NCBI GenBank assembly: GCA_043767805.1
Contig: JAYUGC010000005.1
Span: 1 to 19,013 of the forward strand
DNA: 19,013 nt
From: Pseudomonadota bacterium
Lineage (GTDB): Bacteria; Bdellovibrionota; FAC87; UBA2466
Direction of reading: 5' to 3'
The position numbers were made by a program, and so were the translations under genes. Shown piece by piece: positions 16,649-19,013 of this stretch. The notes below the pieces were generated by a model. That model was not told the origin of the DNA and did no database searches. It saw only the letters and a program-made list of their open reading frames with translations. Positions within the stretch are counted from its first letter, which is position 1, and the number at the start of each line of letters is the position of its first letter.

Positions 16649-17611
16649 ATGAAAACTCTGCACCTCTTCCTGGCCGCGAGCGGTTTTTTTCTCTTTTTAT
16701 CTCTCGCGCACGGCACGCCGTCAGTCGACGCGGGCCTGGACCAGGGGCCCGATCCGGAACTTCGTTTAAGACTCGCCGATGATTTACAAGAAAAGCGCAC
16801 GACCTCTTTGAACTGGGTGGACTTGCGCGCCGCCCGTTATCTTTCGCCCGTAGCCGATGCGACTCCGCTCGAGCCCGAAGACGCGCGTCTAAAAATTCTC
16901 ATCGATCCTGGGCATGGCGGCGATGATTTGGGCGCGGTCAGTCAGGCGGGGATCAGAGAAAAAGACATCGCCCTTCGCATCTCCCGGATGGTTCGTCAGG
17001 AAATCCTCAGTCAGTCGAGACGGTCGGGCTCCGGGGTGAAAGTGCGTCTCACGCGCGATGACGACACGTTCGTTCCTTTGAAGGAACGTCCGGAAATCGC
17101 CAATAACTGGGACGCGGATCTTTTCGTCAGCATTCATTTGAACTCCTCGCCCTCGGCGAAAGTGCGCGGCTTCGAAGTGTATTTCCTCAACCCGCGCGGG
17201 TCGGATGCGGAAGCGAGCCGGGTCGCGCGGGTCGAGAACGGCGCCGAAAAAGTGGTCGCGAAGACGGACGTCATGTCGATCATTTCCGACGTCCAGACAA
17301 GTGTTCACATCGCGGAGAGCAGTTCCTTTGCGGAAACGCTTTACGCTTATCTTTCCTCGGAAGTCCTTCCCAATAAACGGGGCGTGCGTCAGGCGCCTTT
17401 CGCGGTTCTTGCCGGAACCACCATGCCGGCGCTTCTCATCGAAGTGGGTTACCTTACTCACCCGGGCGAAACCGAGAATCTGAAGCGTGGGCTCTACCTA
17501 AAGCGGGTGGCCAGTGCTATAAGCTCGGGAATCCTTCGTTTCGCGCAGTCGCGAAAGAAGCTCGATAAGCCAGAGGCACCCAATGCGATCCGACGGCAGG
17601 CGACCCGATGA
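16649..17611 (+). CDS. N-acetylmuramoyl-L-alanine amidase (Amidase_3)
   Basis: Signal peptide. Zn/catalytic residues intact in IDPGHGG, REKD, SIHLN and LIEVGY. Confidence 0.95.
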   Translation: MKTLHLFLAASGFFLFLSLAHGTPSVDAGLDQGPDPELRLRLADDLQEKRTTSLNWVDLRAARYLSPVADATPLEPEDARLKILIDPGHGGDDLGAVSQAGIREKDIALRISRMVRQEILSQSRRSGSGVKVRLTRDDDTFVPLKERPEIANNWDADLFVSIHLNSSPSAKVRGFEVYFLNPRGSDAEASRVARVENGAEKVVAKTDVMSIISDVQTSVHIAESSSFAETLYAYLSSEVLPNKRGVRQAPFAVLAGTTMPALLIEVGYLTHPGETENLKRGLYLKRVASAISSGILRFAQSRKKLDKPEAPNAIRRQATR

Positions 17612-18293
17612 GCTCAGGCCCGTTAAAATCACTCCCAACTTTCTGACGGCTCCTCCGGGCAGCTGTCTCATCGAGATGGGAGGCACGCGCGTCGTGTGCT
17701 CCGCCATGGTTGACGAGTCCGTGCCTCATTGGATGAAGGGCAACGGCAAGGGCTGGGTCACCGCCGAATACTCCATGCTTCCCGCTTCCTCGCCTCAACG
17801 CGTGGGACGCGAGCGATCGAAAGTCGGAGGCCGCACGCAAGAGATTCAGCGGCTCATCGGCCGATCTTTGAGAAGCTGCCTCGATCTCTCGGCTCTCGGC
17901 GAGCGCTCGGTGCTCCTCGATTGTGACGTACTCGATGCCGATGGCGGCACGCGAACGGCGGCCATCACCGGCGCTTATGTGGCTTTGGCTTTAGCGCTTC
18001 GCAAGATCCAGGGGAAAGCTCCGGGCGTGACTCACGCGCTAAAGGGCGCGGTCGCAGCGGTTTCCGTGGGTATCTGCAAAGGCGTTCCTTCCCTCGATTT
18101 ACATTACGACGACGATAAGTCGGCCGATGTCGACATGAACATCGTGAAGACATCCGACGGCCGTTACGTCGAAGTGCAAGGCACGGCGGAAGGCGCGGCT
18201 TTTGGAAGAGAGGCTTTGAACCAGCTTCTTGATCTCGCCGACATCGGTATCGCGCAGCTTTTCGCCGCGCAAAAACAGATTCTCGGCGGTTAA
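17583..18293 (+). CDS. rph: ribonuclease PH
   Basis: RSDGRRPDELRP, GWVTAEYSMLP, GRTQEIQRLIGRSLR, DGGTRTAAITG, DMNIV and EVQGTAEG motifs. Confidence 0.98.
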   Translation: MRSDGRRPDELRPVKITPNFLTAPPGSCLIEMGGTRVVCSAMVDESVPHWMKGNGKGWVTAEYSMLPASSPQRVGRERSKVGGRTQEIQRLIGRSLRSCLDLSALGERSVLLDCDVLDADGGTRTAAITGAYVALALALRKIQGKAPGVTHALKGAVAAVSVGICKGVPSLDLHYDDDKSADVDMNIVKTSDGRYVEVQGTAEGAAFGREALNQLLDLADIGIAQLFAAQKQILGG

Positions 18294-18299
18294 AGCGCG

Positions 18300-18899
18300 A
18301 TGCTCCCTTCCCGTTTGTTACTCGCGACGTCCAATAAGGGAAAGCTCGAAGAGCTCCGTGCGTTCTTTCGCCTCAAACAATCTCCGCTTCACTGCGTGGG
18401 GCCCGAGGATTTGGGGAAGGCCGCACCCGAGGTCGAAGAGAACGGCACGACCTACCGCGCGAACGCGCTTCTCAAGGCCCGGGCGTACGAAAGCATTTTC
18501 AAAGTTCCCGTGCTGGCCGATGACTCAGGGTTAGAGGTCGAAGCGCTAAACGACGGGCCTGGGATTTTTTCGGCGCGTTTTGGGGGCGAAGGACTCACTT
18601 GGCCCCAGCGTTGGGAAGCTCTCTATAAGGAGTTGCACCCTCGCCCCGAGCCTTGGGCCGCCCGGTTTCGGTGCGTGCTCTGCTATTACGACGGCGCGGT
18701 CCCTTGGTACACGGAAGGAACGGTGGAGGGATTTCTCCTTTCTGGGTCCCGCGGCGGCAAGGGTTTTGGCTACGATCCCATCTTCTTTTGCCCGGAACTC
18801 GGCAAAACCTTCGGGGAAGCGACCGCGGAAGAGAAGGATCGGGTCAGCCATCGGGCAAAAGCCCTCGAAACCTTCTGGAAAACCCTTACGTTGGCTTGA
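18300..18899 (+). CDS. rdgB: non-canonical purine NTP pyrophosphatase (RdgB/HAM1)
   Basis: ATSNKGKLEE, ENGTTY..NA..KA, ADDSGL, GFGYDPIF and SHR motifs. Usual position after rph. Confidence 0.96.
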   Translation: MLPSRLLLATSNKGKLEELRAFFRLKQSPLHCVGPEDLGKAAPEVEENGTTYRANALLKARAYESIFKVPVLADDSGLEVEALNDGPGIFSARFGGEGLTWPQRWEALYKELHPRPEPWAARFRCVLCYYDGAVPWYTEGTVEGFLLSGSRGGKGFGYDPIFFCPELGKTFGEATAEEKDRVSHRAKALETFWKTLTLA

Positions 18900-18924
18900 C
18901 CTCTAAGTCGCCGAACGTTAGTTT
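18896..18924 (+). promoter_or_regulatory. sigma70 promoter for tRNA-Phe
   Basis: TTGACC-17 nt-TAGTTT, 21 nt before the tRNA. Confidence 0.65.
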
Positions 18925-18945
18925 CCGCTTTCTATCTACGCAGGC

Positions 18946-19013
18946 GCCCAGGTAGCTCAGTCGGTAGAGCAGGGGATTGAAAATCCCCGTGTCGGGGGTT
19001 CGATTCCGTCCCT
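18946..19013 (+). tRNA. tRNA-Phe(GAA), 3' end cut by the window edge
   Basis: GCCCAGGTAGCTCAGTCGGTAGAGCAGGGGATT-GAA-AATCCCCGTGTCGGGGGTTCGATTCCGTCCCT. D, anticodon and T arms intact. Confidence 0.96.

Noticed and set aside
1..19013. CRISPR array, IS element, integrase, prophage or defence system
   Set aside because: No regularly spaced repeats, terminal inverted repeats or corresponding protein motifs were seen.

Overview
GC-rich bacterial chromosomal window. The gene set suggests a deltaproteobacteria/Bdellovibrionota-like organism (inference). The right two-thirds is housekeeping: spoIID-like, queA, rpsU, yqeY, mpg, dnaG, rpoD and tRNA-Ile2(CAU) on the minus strand, then divergently amidase, rph, rdgB and tRNA-Phe. 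The left part has a partial ABC exporter converging on a probable operon of CHASE2 histidine kinase, NtrC-family regulator and GT4 glycosyltransferase. A near-consensus sigma54 promoter and two NtrC-like enhancer sites lie upstream of that operon. Between the tRNA-Ile2 3' end and a C4 zinc-ribbon gene is a ~1.9 kb accessory patch that the ORF track mostly misses. It contains a Cys-rich lipoprotein, a palindrome cluster, a stop-interrupted sulfotransferase-like remnant and a start-less methyltransferase-like remnant. A ~146 nt co-axial rod structure (6S-like shape or an RBS-sequestering leader) covers the start of the zinc-ribbon gene. I see no CRISPR array, transposase or integrase, and no clearly novel multi-gene system. 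All homology calls come from motif recognition by eye, not from database searches.
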